Notes: generated by a model not told the origin, from the letters alone. DNA of 64,000 bases from Longimicrobiales bacterium (GCA_965203485.1 OZ241892.1:2272001-2336000), one strand, 5' to 3'; counted from the stretch's first letter, positions 1 through 11,400 are shown. Numbers and translations: made by a program.

Positions 1-61
1 GGCCGACGAGTTCCGCCCGTTGGCGGCGGCTCCCGAGTTCCAATCCACAGGAGGATCGTTC

Positions 62-2845
62 ATGCAACCAGCCATCCGACCGTCTCCTTGCCCGGCGGGC
101 CGTGTTCTCGCCGGCCTCCTGGCTGCGCTGGTGGTCGCCCCCGCCGTGCTGGCGGCTCAACCGCGGCCGTCGCGTCCCGACGGCCTGCGGCTCTACGCCG
201 TCGAAGGCGCGCGCATCGTCACCGTGTCCGGCGCGGTGGTCGACAACGGGGCCGTGGTGATCGACGACGGGCTGGTCGCCGCCGTCGGCGCCAACGTCAG
301 CGTGCCGCCCGGCGCATGGGTCCTGAACGGCGCCGGGAAGACCGTGTATCCCGGCATGATCGACGCCTTCACCACGCTCGGGCATGGGACCGAGCCCTCC
401 CTGCGGCGCGCCTTCGGCGGCGGCGGCCCGCCGGGCGCTGGGGGAAGCCAGCCGCCGAGCAAACACTCGTGGGGACCGGAGGACCGCCCCGGAACGTCGT
501 CGTGGCTCACGGCCGCCGACGACATCGACGCGGACGACGACCGGTTCGAGAGCTGGCGCGAAGCCGGCTTCACCACCGTGGTCAGCACCCGCCACTCGGG
601 GCTGATCGCCGGGCAGGCCGCCGTCCTCAACCTGGGATCGTTCGGGCACCCCCGCGAGATGGTGGTGGCCACGCCGGTCGGGATGCGGATCAACCTCCAG
701 GACCGATCGCGCACCTACACCGGCTACCCGGGCAGCTCGATGGGAGTTCTGGCCTACCTCAAGCAGTTCTACTACGACGCCATGCACTACCGGGACGTGT
801 GGGCCGACTACGACGGCGATCCAGCGGGCAAGCGCCGGCCCGAATGGGACATCTCGCTCGAACCCATCCGGATGCAGTTCGCGGAGGGATGGCCCGTGCT
901 CTTCCCCGCCAACAGCCGCGCCGACGTCGGACGCGCCATCCGCGCGACGAGCGAGATGGGCGTGACGCCGATCTTGTACGGGGCGCAGGGCGCGTACGCC
1001 GCGGCCGATCTGCTGGCGGAGCGCGGCATCCCGGCGCTGGTCGACCTGGACTGGCCCGAACCCGCCCGAGACGGCGATCCCGAGGCCGAACCGACGCTGG
1101 AGCAGCTGCGCCTCTACGACCGCGCGCCGACCACGCCGGGCGTGCTGGCGGCCCGGGGCGTCAAGTTCGCCTTCTACTCGGGCGGCCTGGACGGCCCCGG
1201 CGACGTGCTGGCGGCCGTGCGCCGCGCCGTCGCTCAAGGCCTGTCCGGAGAGGACGCGGTGCGGGCGCTCACGCTGTCGCCGGCCGAGATCTTCGGCGTG
1301 GACGACCGCCTGGGCTCGATCGACGAGGGCAAGATCGCCAACTTGGTCGTCGCCAGCGGAGACTTGCTGGACGAAGACGCGCGCGTGGACGCCGTCTTCG
1401 TGGACGGCGAGCTGTTCGAGCTGGGCGAGGCGGCGGCCGAAGACGACGGCGACGCGGACGGCGAGGGCGCGGACGAAGGCCCCAGAGCGGAGGCGGAGGC
1501 CGGCGCGGAGAGCGAGGAAGTGCGGCAGGGCCCCGGACGCCGAGGACGCGGAGGCAGGGCGGCGGCCGGTCCCGATCCGTCCACGCCGCCCGTCGAGATG
1601 AGCGCGAACAAGGGCCCCTACCGGAACGATCCCGTCACCCTGATCCGCAACGCCACCGTCCTGACGGCGTCGCGGGGGACGCTGGAGAACACGGACATCC
1701 TGATGCGCAACGGCAAGATCGAGCGCGTCGGCGCCGGCCTGGAAGCGCCGCGAGGGGCCGTCGTGGTGGACGCGACGGACAAGTTCGTGACCCCGGGGAT
1801 CATCGACGCCCACTCTCACATGGCGGCCACCAGCATCAACGAAGGCACCGTCAACATCTCGTCGATGGTGACGATCAAGGACGTGATCCGCCCCGAGGAC
1901 GTCGGCATGTACCGCGCGCTGGCGGGAGGCGTGACGACGATCAACATCCTGCACGGCTCGGCGAACCCCGTCGGCGGAGGCAACGCAGTGATCAAGCTGC
2001 GCTGGGGCGCGGACGCCGACGACCTCCTGATCGACGCGCCCAAGGGCATCAAGTTCGCGCTGGGCGAGAACACCAAGCGCGACCGCAACCCGGACCGCTA
2101 CCCGGCCACGCGCATGGGCGTCCAGGACGTGATCCGGCAAGCGTTCCTGGAGACGCGCGAGTACATGGAGGAATGGGACGCCTACGAGGAAGGCGGGCGC
2201 CGGGGCGTGGCGCCGAGACGCGACCTCAAGCTCGAGGCGCTCGGGGAGATCCTGACGGGCGACCGCTGGATCCACTCGCACTCCTACAGGGCGGACGAGA
2301 TCCTGCAGCTGCTCCGCTTGGCCGAGGAGTTCGGGTTCCAAGTCCGCACGCTCCAGCACGTGCTCGAGGGCTACAAGGTGGCCGACGAGATCGCCGCGCA
2401 CGGCGCGAGCGCGTCCACGTTCTCGGACTGGTGGGCGTACAAGGTCGAGGCGTACGACGCCATTCCGCACAATGCGGCCCTGATGACGGAGCGCGGCGTG
2501 CTGGTGTCGATCAACTCCGATTCGAACGAGGAGATCCGGCACCTCAACCAAGAAGCCGCCAAGGCCATGAAGTGGGGCGGCATGGAAGAGGAGCCCGCGT
2601 TGCGGCTCGTGACCTTGAATCCGGCGATTCAGCTGGGCATCGACGACCGGACCGGGTCGATCGACGAGGGCAAGGACGCCGACGTGACCGTGTGGGAGGG
2701 GCACCCGCTGAGCATGTTCGGCAAGGCCGTGCAGACCTACGTGGACGGCAAGCTGTACTTCGACATCGAAATGGACAAGGAGCGCCGAGCGGCCGTCCGG
2801 GCCGAGAAGGACGCGCTCCTCGCAAAGCACATGGGGAGGAACTGA
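62..2845 (+). CDS. Secreted amidohydrolase family protein with two tandem amidohydrolase domains
   Basis: GGAGG RBS before ATG62; signal peptide; PGMIDAFTT and PGIIDAHSH motifs; two GSIDEGK-A-(N/D) C-terminal motifs; acidic/Gly linker. Confidence 0.85.
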   Translation: MQPAIRPSPCPAGRVLAGLLAALVVAPAVLAAQPRPSRPDGLRLYAVEGARIVTVSGAVVDNGAVVIDDGLVAAVGANVSVPPGAWVLNGAGKTVYPGMIDAFTTLGHGTEPSLRRAFGGGGPPGAGGSQPPSKHSWGPEDRPGTSSWLTAADDIDADDDRFESWREAGFTTVVSTRHSGLIAGQAAVLNLGSFGHPREMVVATPVGMRINLQDRSRTYTGYPGSSMGVLAYLKQFYYDAMHYRDVWADYDGDPAGKRRPEWDISLEPIRMQFAEGWPVLFPANSRADVGRAIRATSEMGVTPILYGAQGAYAAADLLAERGIPALVDLDWPEPARDGDPEAEPTLEQLRLYDRAPTTPGVLAARGVKFAFYSGGLDGPGDVLAAVRRAVAQGLSGEDAVRALTLSPAEIFGVDDRLGSIDEGKIANLVVASGDLLDEDARVDAVFVDGELFELGEAAAEDDGDADGEGADEGPRAEAEAGAESEEVRQGPGRRGRGGRAAAGPDPSTPPVEMSANKGPYRNDPVTLIRNATVLTASRGTLENTDILMRNGKIERVGAGLEAPRGAVVVDATDKFVTPGIIDAHSHMAATSINEGTVNISSMVTIKDVIRPEDVGMYRALAGGVTTINILHGSANPVGGGNAVIKLRWGADADDLLIDAPKGIKFALGENTKRDRNPDRYPATRMGVQDVIRQAFLETREYMEEWDAYEEGGRRGVAPRRDLKLEALGEILTGDRWIHSHSYRADEILQLLRLAEEFGFQVRTLQHVLEGYKVADEIAAHGASASTFSDWWAYKVEAYDAIPHNAALMTERGVLVSINSDSNEEIRHLNQEAAKAMKWGGMEEEPALRLVTLNPAIQLGIDDRTGSIDEGKDADVTVWEGHPLSMFGKAVQTYVDGKLYFDIEMDKERRAAVRAEKDALLAKHMGRN

Positions 2846-4161
2846 TGAAGCGCGCCATACTCGGAGGCGGCAGGGCGGCGCTCGCCCTCGCGTTGGCCCT
2901 GGCGGGGACAGCGCCCTCGCTCGCGAGCCAGACCTACGCGATTCAGGGCGGGACGGTGCACACGCTGGCGGGCCGTACGTTCGTCGGCACGGTGGTCATC
3001 CGCGAAGGCCGGATCGTGGCCGTCGGCGAAGACGTCGAGGCGCCGGAGGGCGCGGAGGTGGTCGACGCCGCCGGCCGGCACGTCTATCCCGGCATGTTCG
3101 ACGCGGTGTCCGGCCTCGGGCTGACGGAGATCGGCGCCGTGGACGTCACCAACGACTCCCGCGAGCAGGGCGACTTCAATCCGCATCTCCAGGCCGCGAC
3201 CGCGATCCATCCGGCCAGCGAGCACATTCCGGTGGCGCGCGCCAACGGGATCGCGCTGACGATGGCGGCGCCGCAAGGAGGCAACGGCTCCATTCCCGGC
3301 CAAGCGTCGCTCATCGGACTCGATGGATGGACGATCGAGGAGATGCGGGTCGACCCCGGCGCGGCGATGGTGGTTCGCTACCCGAGCCTCGGCGGAGGCG
3401 GCGGATTCCGCGGACGACGGTTCGGGGCGCCGCAACAGTCCTGGCGCCAGCAGGAGGAGCGCTACCGCGAGGCCGTCGCGCGCCTCGACGAATGGCTGGA
3501 AGCCGGGCGGCGCTATGCGCATGCGATGGAAGCAGGCGTGGAAATGGCCCGCGACCTGAAGAACGAAGCCATGGCCAAGGTCGCCAGCGGCGAGATGCCC
3601 GTGCTGCTGGGCGCGGACGGGGAACGCAACATCCGCAACGCCGTCGAGTGGGCGCAGCGCCAGGAGCTGCGGTTCGTGATCACGGGCGGCAGAGAGGCTT
3701 GGCGAATCGCCGACTGGCTGGCCGAGCGCGACGTGGCCGTCATCCTGTCGCCCACGCAGTCCATGCCGTCGGGAGTGGACGAGGCATACGACGAGGCATA
3801 CGCCAACCCGGGCAAGCTTCACGCCGCCGGCGTGACGATCGCCTTCGCCACCTTCAACTCCTCGGCGTCGCGGACGCTGCCCTACGAGGCGGCGCAGGCC
3901 GTGCCCTACGGACTGCCCCACGAGGCCGCGCTGGCCGCCGTCACCAAGAACGTTGCCGAGATGCTCGGCCTCGGAGACATGATCGGGACCATCGAGGAAG
4001 GCAAGCTGGCCAACATCATGATCACCGACGGCGACCCGCTGGAGATTCAGACCCAGGTGACCGACCTCTTCATCCTCGGCCGCGGCGTGAGCCTCGACAA
4101 CAGGCACCAGTCGCTCTACGAGAAGTACCGCGCGCGGCCGGGACGGAGGATCGTTTCCTGA
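2845..4161 (+). CDS. Amidohydrolase family protein (secreted, metal ligands degenerate)
   Basis: TGATG coupling to the upstream gene; signal peptide MKRAILGG; YPGMFDA; GTIEEGKLANIMITDGDPL. Confidence 0.85.
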   Translation: MKRAILGGGRAALALALALAGTAPSLASQTYAIQGGTVHTLAGRTFVGTVVIREGRIVAVGEDVEAPEGAEVVDAAGRHVYPGMFDAVSGLGLTEIGAVDVTNDSREQGDFNPHLQAATAIHPASEHIPVARANGIALTMAAPQGGNGSIPGQASLIGLDGWTIEEMRVDPGAAMVVRYPSLGGGGGFRGRRFGAPQQSWRQQEERYREAVARLDEWLEAGRRYAHAMEAGVEMARDLKNEAMAKVASGEMPVLLGADGERNIRNAVEWAQRQELRFVITGGREAWRIADWLAERDVAVILSPTQSMPSGVDEAYDEAYANPGKLHAAGVTIAFATFNSSASRTLPYEAAQAVPYGLPHEAALAAVTKNVAEMLGLGDMIGTIEEGKLANIMITDGDPLEIQTQVTDLFILGRGVSLDNRHQSLYEKYRARPGRRIVS

Positions 4162-4192
4162 TCTTCCCAGGCTTCCGCAACACCGCGGGAGG

Positions 4193-5989
4193 CTAGGAGG
4201 CCGCACCCTCCCCGACCCGCGGGCCCGCGACGCGCAGCCGCACCTTGACGATGTCGCCGTCGGTGTACTGCTGGTGGCGGACCGACGAGGCCAAGTGGCG
4301 CAACAACCGCAACGACATCTCGCGCTCGGCGGGCCCTTCGGCAGGGTTGTCGGCGAGCATGGCCATGCGGTCCTGGATGTTGCTGTCGCCGATCGACGCC
4401 ATGAACTCCATCTCGGCGTCGTCTCCGTCGGCGCCGACCACGACGATCAGCTTGCCCCAGACGGCATCCTCGCGCTCCTTCTTTTGTTCGGTGAGGGTGA
4501 CCAGCGTCTCCTCGGCCACGAGGCACATGCGGTCGGCGGCCGTCTCGTCCCATCCCTGCTTCGACGCGTACGCCGCAACGAAGTCCTTGATCTGCGACAA
4601 CGAGTCCATGTCGAGCCCGACGGCGAGCCGCTTGCGGCGGGCACGAGTAAGCTCGAAGAACGCCGAGAGCGCCAAGGCCGTGAACCCGCCCGCCGTCATG
4701 CCGTTGCCGAGCAGCGAGGCCATGCGGTCGCTCCACAGGTCGGGGAAGATGGCGTTGGCCTGAAAGCCCGCGCCGATCCAGAACGACACCCCGACGACGA
4801 TGCCCTGGCGCAGGTCGAGGCCGTCCTTGACCGCGATCCTCATGCCGACGATGAACAGAATCGCCATCAGCACCAGCCCGTAGGCGCCGATGACGGCGTC
4901 GGGAACGGCCAGCAGCAACGAAGTCGCCTTGGGCGAGAACGCCAAGACGATGAAGATGCCGCCGATGAAGACGCCCACCCGGCGTGCCGCGACTCCCGTC
5001 ACTTCCGTGACCGACACGCTCGACGAGTAGGTCGTGTTCGGCACCGTGGCGGCCAAGCCCGAAAGCAGGTTGCCCACGCCGTCGGCGGCCACGGCTCCTT
5101 GGACGGCCCGGTAGTCGGTGGCCCGCGGCCGCCGCCACGAGACGTTCTGGATCGCCACCGAGTCGCCGATTGTCTCGATCGCGCCCACGAGCGTCACGAA
5201 GATGAACGCCGGCAGCAGGACCCAGAACTCCGGCCCGAAGCCCAAGTCGAAGCCCATCCACGTGGATCCCGGCAACCCGAACCACGCCGCTGAAGCAACC
5301 GCTTCCGTGTCGTAGAGGCCGGACGCCAACGAGCCGGCGATCACGCCGATCACCGGGGCCCAGAGCCGCCAGACGCCGCTGCCGCGCAAGACGATCGCGA
5401 CAATGACCGCCATGGTGACTCCGGCGCCGAACGCCCCGCCGAGGTTCCCGAGCATCCGCGACAGCCAGTCGTCGAACGCCGACCCTGTGGGCCGGACTTG
5501 CGACATCATGTCGAAGAGGATCGGCATGATGGTGACCGAGATGAGCATGATCACGGTGCCAGCGACGGGCGGCGTGATGATCCGGCGCAGGAGCGACAAC
5601 CGGGAAGCGAGCAAGAACTGGAAGAGCGACGACGCGACCACCAGGGTGGCCAGCAGGGCCGGACCTCCCTCGGTCAAGGCCGTGATGCAGACCGCGATGA
5701 ACGCACCGGAGGTGCCCATGAGCAGGACGTAGCCCGCCCCGAACCGTCCGACCCGAACCGCCTGCAGGATCGTGGTGAGACCCGCAACGAGCAACGCCGC
5801 GAACACGGCCCAGGACAAGTACGAGTCGCTCTGGCCGGCGGCGCGAATGACGATGAGGGGCGTGAGCACGATGCCCGCGATCGTCACCGTGACGAACTGC
5901 GCGGCCATGCCGAAGGACAGCAGGTGGGGCGGTTTGTCGTGGGGCTCGTAGCGGACCGGCGAGGAGCCGGCCGAGGATGCATGTGCCAT
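4193..5989 (-). CDS. Xanthine/uracil permease (NCS2) with C-terminal RsbW/HATPase-like extension
   Basis: GGAGG RBS before ATG; many TM segments; IETIGD, ADGVGNLL, PNTTYSS..EVTGVAAR NCS2-type motifs; soluble C-terminal domain. Confidence 0.8.
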   Translation of the reverse strand: MAHASSAGSSPVRYEPHDKPPHLLSFGMAAQFVTVTIAGIVLTPLIVIRAAGQSDSYLSWAVFAALLVAGLTTILQAVRVGRFGAGYVLLMGTSGAFIAVCITALTEGGPALLATLVVASSLFQFLLASRLSLLRRIITPPVAGTVIMLISVTIMPILFDMMSQVRPTGSAFDDWLSRMLGNLGGAFGAGVTMAVIVAIVLRGSGVWRLWAPVIGVIAGSLASGLYDTEAVASAAWFGLPGSTWMGFDLGFGPEFWVLLPAFIFVTLVGAIETIGDSVAIQNVSWRRPRATDYRAVQGAVAADGVGNLLSGLAATVPNTTYSSSVSVTEVTGVAARRVGVFIGGIFIVLAFSPKATSLLLAVPDAVIGAYGLVLMAILFIVGMRIAVKDGLDLRQGIVVGVSFWIGAGFQANAIFPDLWSDRMASLLGNGMTAGGFTALALSAFFELTRARRKRLAVGLDMDSLSQIKDFVAAYASKQGWDETAADRMCLVAEETLVTLTEQKKEREDAVWGKLIVVVGADGDDAEMEFMASIGDSNIQDRMAMLADNPAEGPAEREMSLRLLRHLASSVRHQQYTDGDIVKVRLRVAGPRVGEGAAS

Positions 5990-6188
5990 GCGGAATCCTC
6001 CGCGCAGAAGGGTGGTGGCGAGGGCTTGCTTGCGATTCCTCGCGGGATGCCCGTCGGGATGCGCGTCGGGACGCCCGGTCGGAGCGTCCCGCCACTTCAA
6101 GACGGGAGACTACGCGCGGCCGGTCCTCGGTGCAAGGACCGCGGACCCAGCGGCGACTACGATCATCGCCGGTCGCCCGGCGGCTCGC

Positions 6189-6398
6189 CTATGCGATGAT
6201 GGCGAGGGGCAGCAAGATCACGTAGCCGACCACGAGCAGTACCGGCGCCGCAGTGATGGAGCCCTGGTCCAGCAAGTAGTAGCCCACCGAGATCGCCGCG
6301 ACTGCCGCCAGCGCCAGCGCCGCGTTGGTTCGCGAGAACTTGAGCGACGGCAACGACGGCCTCGTCGTCGATGCGCCCTTGGACTTGTCGGTTGCCAT
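6189..6398 (-). CDS. Small 2-TM membrane protein (DUF3098-like)
   Basis: 69 aa, two hydrophobic helices, ITAAPVLLVVGY pattern. Confidence 0.6.
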   Translation of the reverse strand: MATDKSKGASTTRPSLPSLKFSRTNAALALAAVAAISVGYYLLDQGSITAAPVLLVVGYVILLPLAIIA

Positions 6399-6407
6399 GC
6401 TTCAAGC

Positions 6408-7376
6408 CTAGCGACAAGCGCCGGTGCGGGTCAATCCGGCGGCGGCGCGCTCAGACCAGTAGGCGGGGGCGTCGGGCGGATCGCGGGCGCGAAGCCTCGC
6501 CATGCGCTCGCGGTCCCGGCGGCGGCGGGACCACGCCAAGGCGAGGGCGGCGGCGCCGAGAAGGACCCAGAACGGGGCCGAGTGCGAGACGACGACCGCC
6601 CACCCGTACCGTCGCTTGACCCAACGGCGCCAATCCGCTTCCAACTGCGACGGGGTCGCCCCGTAGGTGGCCCGGAGCGCCTCGTCGAACGACCCGCCCT
6701 GGCGCCAACGCGCCAGCATGGCCTCCAAGCCGACGACGCCGCTCGACGCGACGAGGTACTCCACGGCGGACGCCGACAGCAGGTACGCGAGTTCCGCGCC
6801 GGGCCCCGTGCGCGGCCACGCCAGCGCGAGGGAGTCGAGCGGGGGCGCGGCGCCGAGCGCCAACGCAAGCCCCAGGCGCAACGAGCCATGGTCCAGCCAT
6901 CCGCCGACGGCCCATTCGGCGTACCCCTCCGCGAACCAGCGCGGGACCCGCCTGCCTTCGAGTTCGTGCGCGAGCATCAGGTGCGCCCACTCGTGACGCA
7001 GGATGCGCGCTTGGCCGGAGGCCGGAGCCGGGCCCGCCAGCGCACCGGGAATCACGATCTCCATCCGGTCCGGAAGCGCCATGGCAGCCGCCCACTCGGG
7101 CACTCGCCCGCCGGCAAGCGAGTCCATGGCGCCCCGGGTGGGCGCCACGACGAGACGCACCGGGGGCGGAGCCGCGCGGAGGGCCGGAAGACGCTCGAAG
7201 GAGCTCAGCACGACGAGCGCGGCGGCGGCTCGCGCCGAGTCGCGCGGCGCAAAGCGCGCTACGACGCCGGGCGCTCGGAGTTCGCGCCACGGCTGGACCG
7301 GGCCGAGTCCCGCCGCTTCGCCGGACGCGACGACCGCCAGCGCCAGAGCGGCCGCGGGCACGCGTCGCCGCGGCAT
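6408..7376 (-). CDS. Peptidase MA-like metallopeptidase (HEXXH), membrane anchored
   Basis: Signal peptide, LRHEWAH, VPRWFAEGYAEW, C-terminal TM. Confidence 0.75.
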   Translation of the reverse strand: MPRRRVPAAALALAVVASGEAAGLGPVQPWRELRAPGVVARFAPRDSARAAAALVVLSSFERLPALRAAPPPVRLVVAPTRGAMDSLAGGRVPEWAAAMALPDRMEIVIPGALAGPAPASGQARILRHEWAHLMLAHELEGRRVPRWFAEGYAEWAVGGWLDHGSLRLGLALALGAAPPLDSLALAWPRTGPGAELAYLLSASAVEYLVASSGVVGLEAMLARWRQGGSFDEALRATYGATPSQLEADWRRWVKRRYGWAVVVSHSAPFWVLLGAAALALAWSRRRRDRERMARLRARDPPDAPAYWSERAAAGLTRTGACR

Positions 7377-7378
7377 GG

Positions 7379-8479
7379 TCACGCCTCGTCGCTGGGCGGC
7401 GGCCAGGGTTGCGCGGCCCAGCGTCGCATGCCGTCCAGGCTGGGGGGCAGGGGCGACTCGAAGGCCATCGGCACGCCCGACACCGGGTGCGCGAACTCGA
7501 GGCGGTGCGCGTGCAGGAACTGGCGGGACGCCCGCCGCGCCAGCGCACGCGCCCATTGGCCGTCGGCGCCCTGGAATCCACGTTCGCGCCCGGCCCCGTA
7601 GACGGAGTCGCCCACGACGGGGTGGCCCACGGAGGCCGCGTGGACACGGATCTGGTGCGTGCGCCCCGTGGCCAGCTTGGCCTCGCAGAAACAGGCCGCC
7701 CGCCAGCGCTCGAGCACGCGAAAACGGGTCTGCGCGGGGCGGCCGGCGGCGACGACGGCCATGCGGGTGCGGTCGCGCGGGTGCCGTCCGACCGGGCGGT
7801 CCACCGTCGTGGGCGATTCCGGCAACTTTCCCCACAACGCCGCCATGTAGGTGCGGCCCACCGCGCGTTCCTGCAATGCGCCCGACAGGGCTCGGTGCGC
7901 CCGTTCGGACTTGGCCGCCACCATCAGGCCGGAGGTGTCGCGGTCGAGACGGTGCACGATCCCGGGCCGCCGCGGTCCGCCGATGCCGGACATTTCGCCC
8001 ACATGGTGCAGCAACGCGTTGACCAGCGTGCCGCTCGGATGGCCCGGCGCCGGGTGCACGACCAAGCCGGCCGGCTTTTCGACGACGACCAGGTCGGCGT
8101 CCTCGAACACGATGTCGAGCGGGATGTCCTCGGGCCGGGCGGAGACCGGCGGCGGCGGCGGAACCAGCGCCGCGACGCGCTGTCCGGCGGAGACGGCCTG
8201 GGACTTGCGCGCCGGAGAGCCGTCCACCCTCACCCAGCCCCCCTCGATCAGGCCGGCGGCCCGGCTGCGCGACGTGCCCAGCTCGGCGGCGACATGGCGG
8301 TCCAGACGGCCGGCCGCCCCGTCGGCGACGACCCAACGCCGCCGCTCCTCGGCCACGCCCTGCGGACCGGCGTCGTCTCCGCTCGCGCCGGGCCGACGTC
8401 CGCCCGGCGCCTCGTCGCGTCCGTCTCCGCCGTCGCCCGGCGGCGGCGCTTGCTCCGGGGCCGGGGCCAAGGCGTCCAT
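7379..8479 (-). CDS. rluD: RluA/RluD family pseudouridine synthase
   Basis: S4 domain RLDRHV..SRSRA, KPAGLVVHP, HRLDRDTSG, TGRTHQIRVH. Confidence 0.9.
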   Translation of the reverse strand: MDALAPAPEQAPPPGDGGDGRDEAPGGRRPGASGDDAGPQGVAEERRRWVVADGAAGRLDRHVAAELGTSRSRAAGLIEGGWVRVDGSPARKSQAVSAGQRVAALVPPPPPVSARPEDIPLDIVFEDADLVVVEKPAGLVVHPAPGHPSGTLVNALLHHVGEMSGIGGPRRPGIVHRLDRDTSGLMVAAKSERAHRALSGALQERAVGRTYMAALWGKLPESPTTVDRPVGRHPRDRTRMAVVAAGRPAQTRFRVLERWRAACFCEAKLATGRTHQIRVHAASVGHPVVGDSVYGAGRERGFQGADGQWARALARRASRQFLHAHRLEFAHPVSGVPMAFESPLPPSLDGMRRWAAQPWPPPSDEA

Positions 8480-11400
8480 CAGGATACGGCCGACAGCCCG
8501 AGCACCGCGGTCTCGCCCGCCACGACGCATTCGTGCCGCGATTCGAACCCGCCGCCCACCTCGTCGCCCGCCTCGACCGACACCGCCAACGTCTCCCGGG
8601 CGATGCGGGCGCGGTGCTCGCGGGCCGCCGCGACCACCTCGGCGGCGCCGCCGATCGCCACGCGAATCCGATCGGTGACGTTCAAGCCCTCGTCTCTGCG
8701 CACCCGTTGAATGCGGTTCACCAGGTCGCGCGCCACCCCCTCGCGCACGAGCTCTTCCGTGAGCACCGGATCCAAGGCGGCGACGCAGCGCCCGTCCGAG
8801 CGCACCACCCAGTCGCCCCGAGCCTCGGCGACCAGCTCGAAGTCGTCGGCGCCGAACTCGACCCTCTCGCCGCCGACCTCGAGACGCAACTCGCCCTCGC
8901 CGTCGCGGAACGCCGCCAGCTCCGCATGGCCGAGGGCGCGGATGCGCGCGGCGGCCTCTTGCGTCCGCTTGCCGAAGCGGCGCCCCAGCGAGCGAAACCG
9001 GGGCCGCGCCGACAGCGCGGTCAGGCCGTCGGCCGAGTCGGCGAACTCCACTTCCTTCACGTTGATCTCGTCCTTGAGCAGCTGCAGGACGTCGGGGGCG
9101 GGCGGCGGCCCCGGAACAACCGCGCGCATTCTGCGAAGCGGCTGGCGCACCCGCTCGCCGATTTCCTCGCGCGCCGCCCTCGCCAGGGCGCTCAGCGCGC
9201 GCGCGTGCCCCATCTGCTCCTCGAGCTCCGGGACGGCCAGCGCGGGGTCGGCCGCGGGAAAGGGTTCCGCGTGGCTCGAGCGCCCCACCAGCGCCCGGTG
9301 CAGCCAGTCGGACGCGAAGGGCGCGACCGGCGCAACGAGCAGGGCCACGACGCGCAACGCTTCGTGCAGCGTGGCGAACGCGGCCGCCGAATCCTCGGCG
9401 CCGGTGGCGCCCCAGAAGCGAGGGCGGGACCGCCGCACGTACCAGTTGGAGAGGTCGGCGTCCACGAAGGCGGCGACGTCCCGGTAGGCGCGCGTGGGGC
9501 CGTAGCCGTCCAGGCCGGCGCGCACCCGGCCCACCAAACCGTGAAGACGCGACAGGAGCCAGCGGTCCAACGCGGGCCGGGCGCTCGCGAGGGGCGGAGG
9601 ACCGGCGGGGTCCCACCCCTCGATCTTGCCGTAGAGAGCGAAGAAGCGATACGTGTTGAGCAACGTGTCGAAGAAGCGCGAAGCGGATTCCTTGGCGTCC
9701 TCGGGATCGTAGCGCGTCGGAAGCCACGGGTTGCTCACGGTCACCAAGTACCAGCGCAAGCCGTCCGCCCCCTGTTCGGCGACGGCGTCCCACGGATCTA
9801 CGGTGTTGCCGCGGGACTTGGACATCTTGCGGCCCTGGGCGTCCAGGATCATGTCGTTGACGACGACGTTGCGGAAGGCCGGACCCGAGCCCAGCAGCGT
9901 CGAGATCGCATGCATCGAGTAGAACCAGCCCCGCGTCTGGTCCACGGCTTCGCAAATGAAGTCGGCCGGGAAATGGCGGTCGAACCGCTCTCGATTCTCG
10001 AACGGATAGTGCCACTGGGCCCACGGCATCGCTCCCGAGTCGAACCAGACGTCCAGGACCTCCGGCGTCCGCCGCATTGCCGCACCGGACTCGGGGCAGG
10101 TCCACGTCACTTCGTCGACGAAGGGGCGATGCGGATCGAAGCCGGCGGGCAGGCCGCCCGCCTTGGCCGCGAGTTCGTCCAGGCCGCCGATCCACTCGAC
10201 GCGCCCCGGATCTTCCTCCGACACCCAAGCGGGGATCGGGGTGCCCCAGTAACGGTCTCGCGACAGCGCCCAGTCCACGTTCCCCTTCAACCACTCCTCG
10301 AAGCGGCCCCGGCCCACTTCGGGCGGATGCCACGATACTTGGCGGTTGTTCTCCAGCAGGGCGTCGCGGAGCGCGGACGTGCGGGCGAACCAGCTGTGGC
10401 GGGCCATGTAGACGAGCGGCGCGTCGCATCGCCAGCAGTGCGGATAGGAGTGGACGGCGCGTCCGCAACGAAACACGCGGCCGCGCCGACGGAGGTCGCC
10501 GACCAGCAGATCGTCGGCGTCCTTGAAGAAGACGCCGCCCACGAGCGGCAGGCCGGGATCGAAGGTCCCGTCGGTGCGAAGGGGCTCCAGCACGGCCAGG
10601 CCCAACTTCTCGCCGACCTCGTAGTCGTCCGCGCCGTACGCAGGCGCCAGGTGCACGATGCCGGTGCCCTCCGCCGCCGTCACGAACGCGCCCGGCACGA
10701 TCTCCCAGGCGCACCCCTTCGCGCGGCTCTCGGGAATCAGATCGAAGGGGCGGCGGTACCGCCTGCCCAGGAGATCGTCCGCCGGAACGCGCGCGCGAAC
10801 GGCGTCGGCGCCAAGAAGGGCTTCCGCTCTGTCGCGGGCAAGGACGACGCGGCGGCCCTCGTGCTCGGCCTCCACGTACTCGATCTCCGGGTTGACGGCC
10901 AGCGCGGCGTTGGCCACCAGCGTCCACGGCGTCGTGGTCCACACCAGCAGGCCGCGTCCCGATCCGTCCTCGAGGTCCAGGCGGACGTAGAGCGACGGAT
11001 CCTCCACGTCGCGGTAGCCCAGCGACAGCTCGTGCGCGGAGAGAACGGTCTCGTCCGCCGGGCACCACGGCACGACCTTGTGACCGCGGTAGAGCAGGCC
11101 CGTGGCCGCCATCCGCTTGAGAATCCACCACACGGACTCGACGTACTCGGGGCTGAGCGTTACGTAGGGCCGGGAGTAGTCGAGCCAGTAGCCGATGCGC
11201 TCCGAGAAGCGCTCCCACTCCGACTTGTAGGCGAAGACGGAGGACCTGCACTGCTCGTTGAACCAGGCGATGCCGCGGGCCTCGATCTCCTTCTTCCCGG
11301 CGATGCCGAGCCGCTTCTGCGCTTCGATCTCGACGGGCAGGCCGTGCGTGTCCCAGCCCGCGATGCGCGTCACGCGCTTGCCCAGCATCGTCTGGTAGCG

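Noticed and set aside
88..2844. Very long Arg/Gly/Pro-rich ORF extensions and antisense ORFs (e.g. 88-2844, 8533-11997, 40733-43429)
   Set aside because: Typical stop-poor shadow frames of high-GC genes; the real genes are identified by motifs in other frames or sub-intervals.
6040..6092. Short 12-nt direct repeats (CGGGATGC.CGT) upstream of the permease
   Set aside because: Only about three imperfect GC-rich copies; I could not support a riboswitch or operator.
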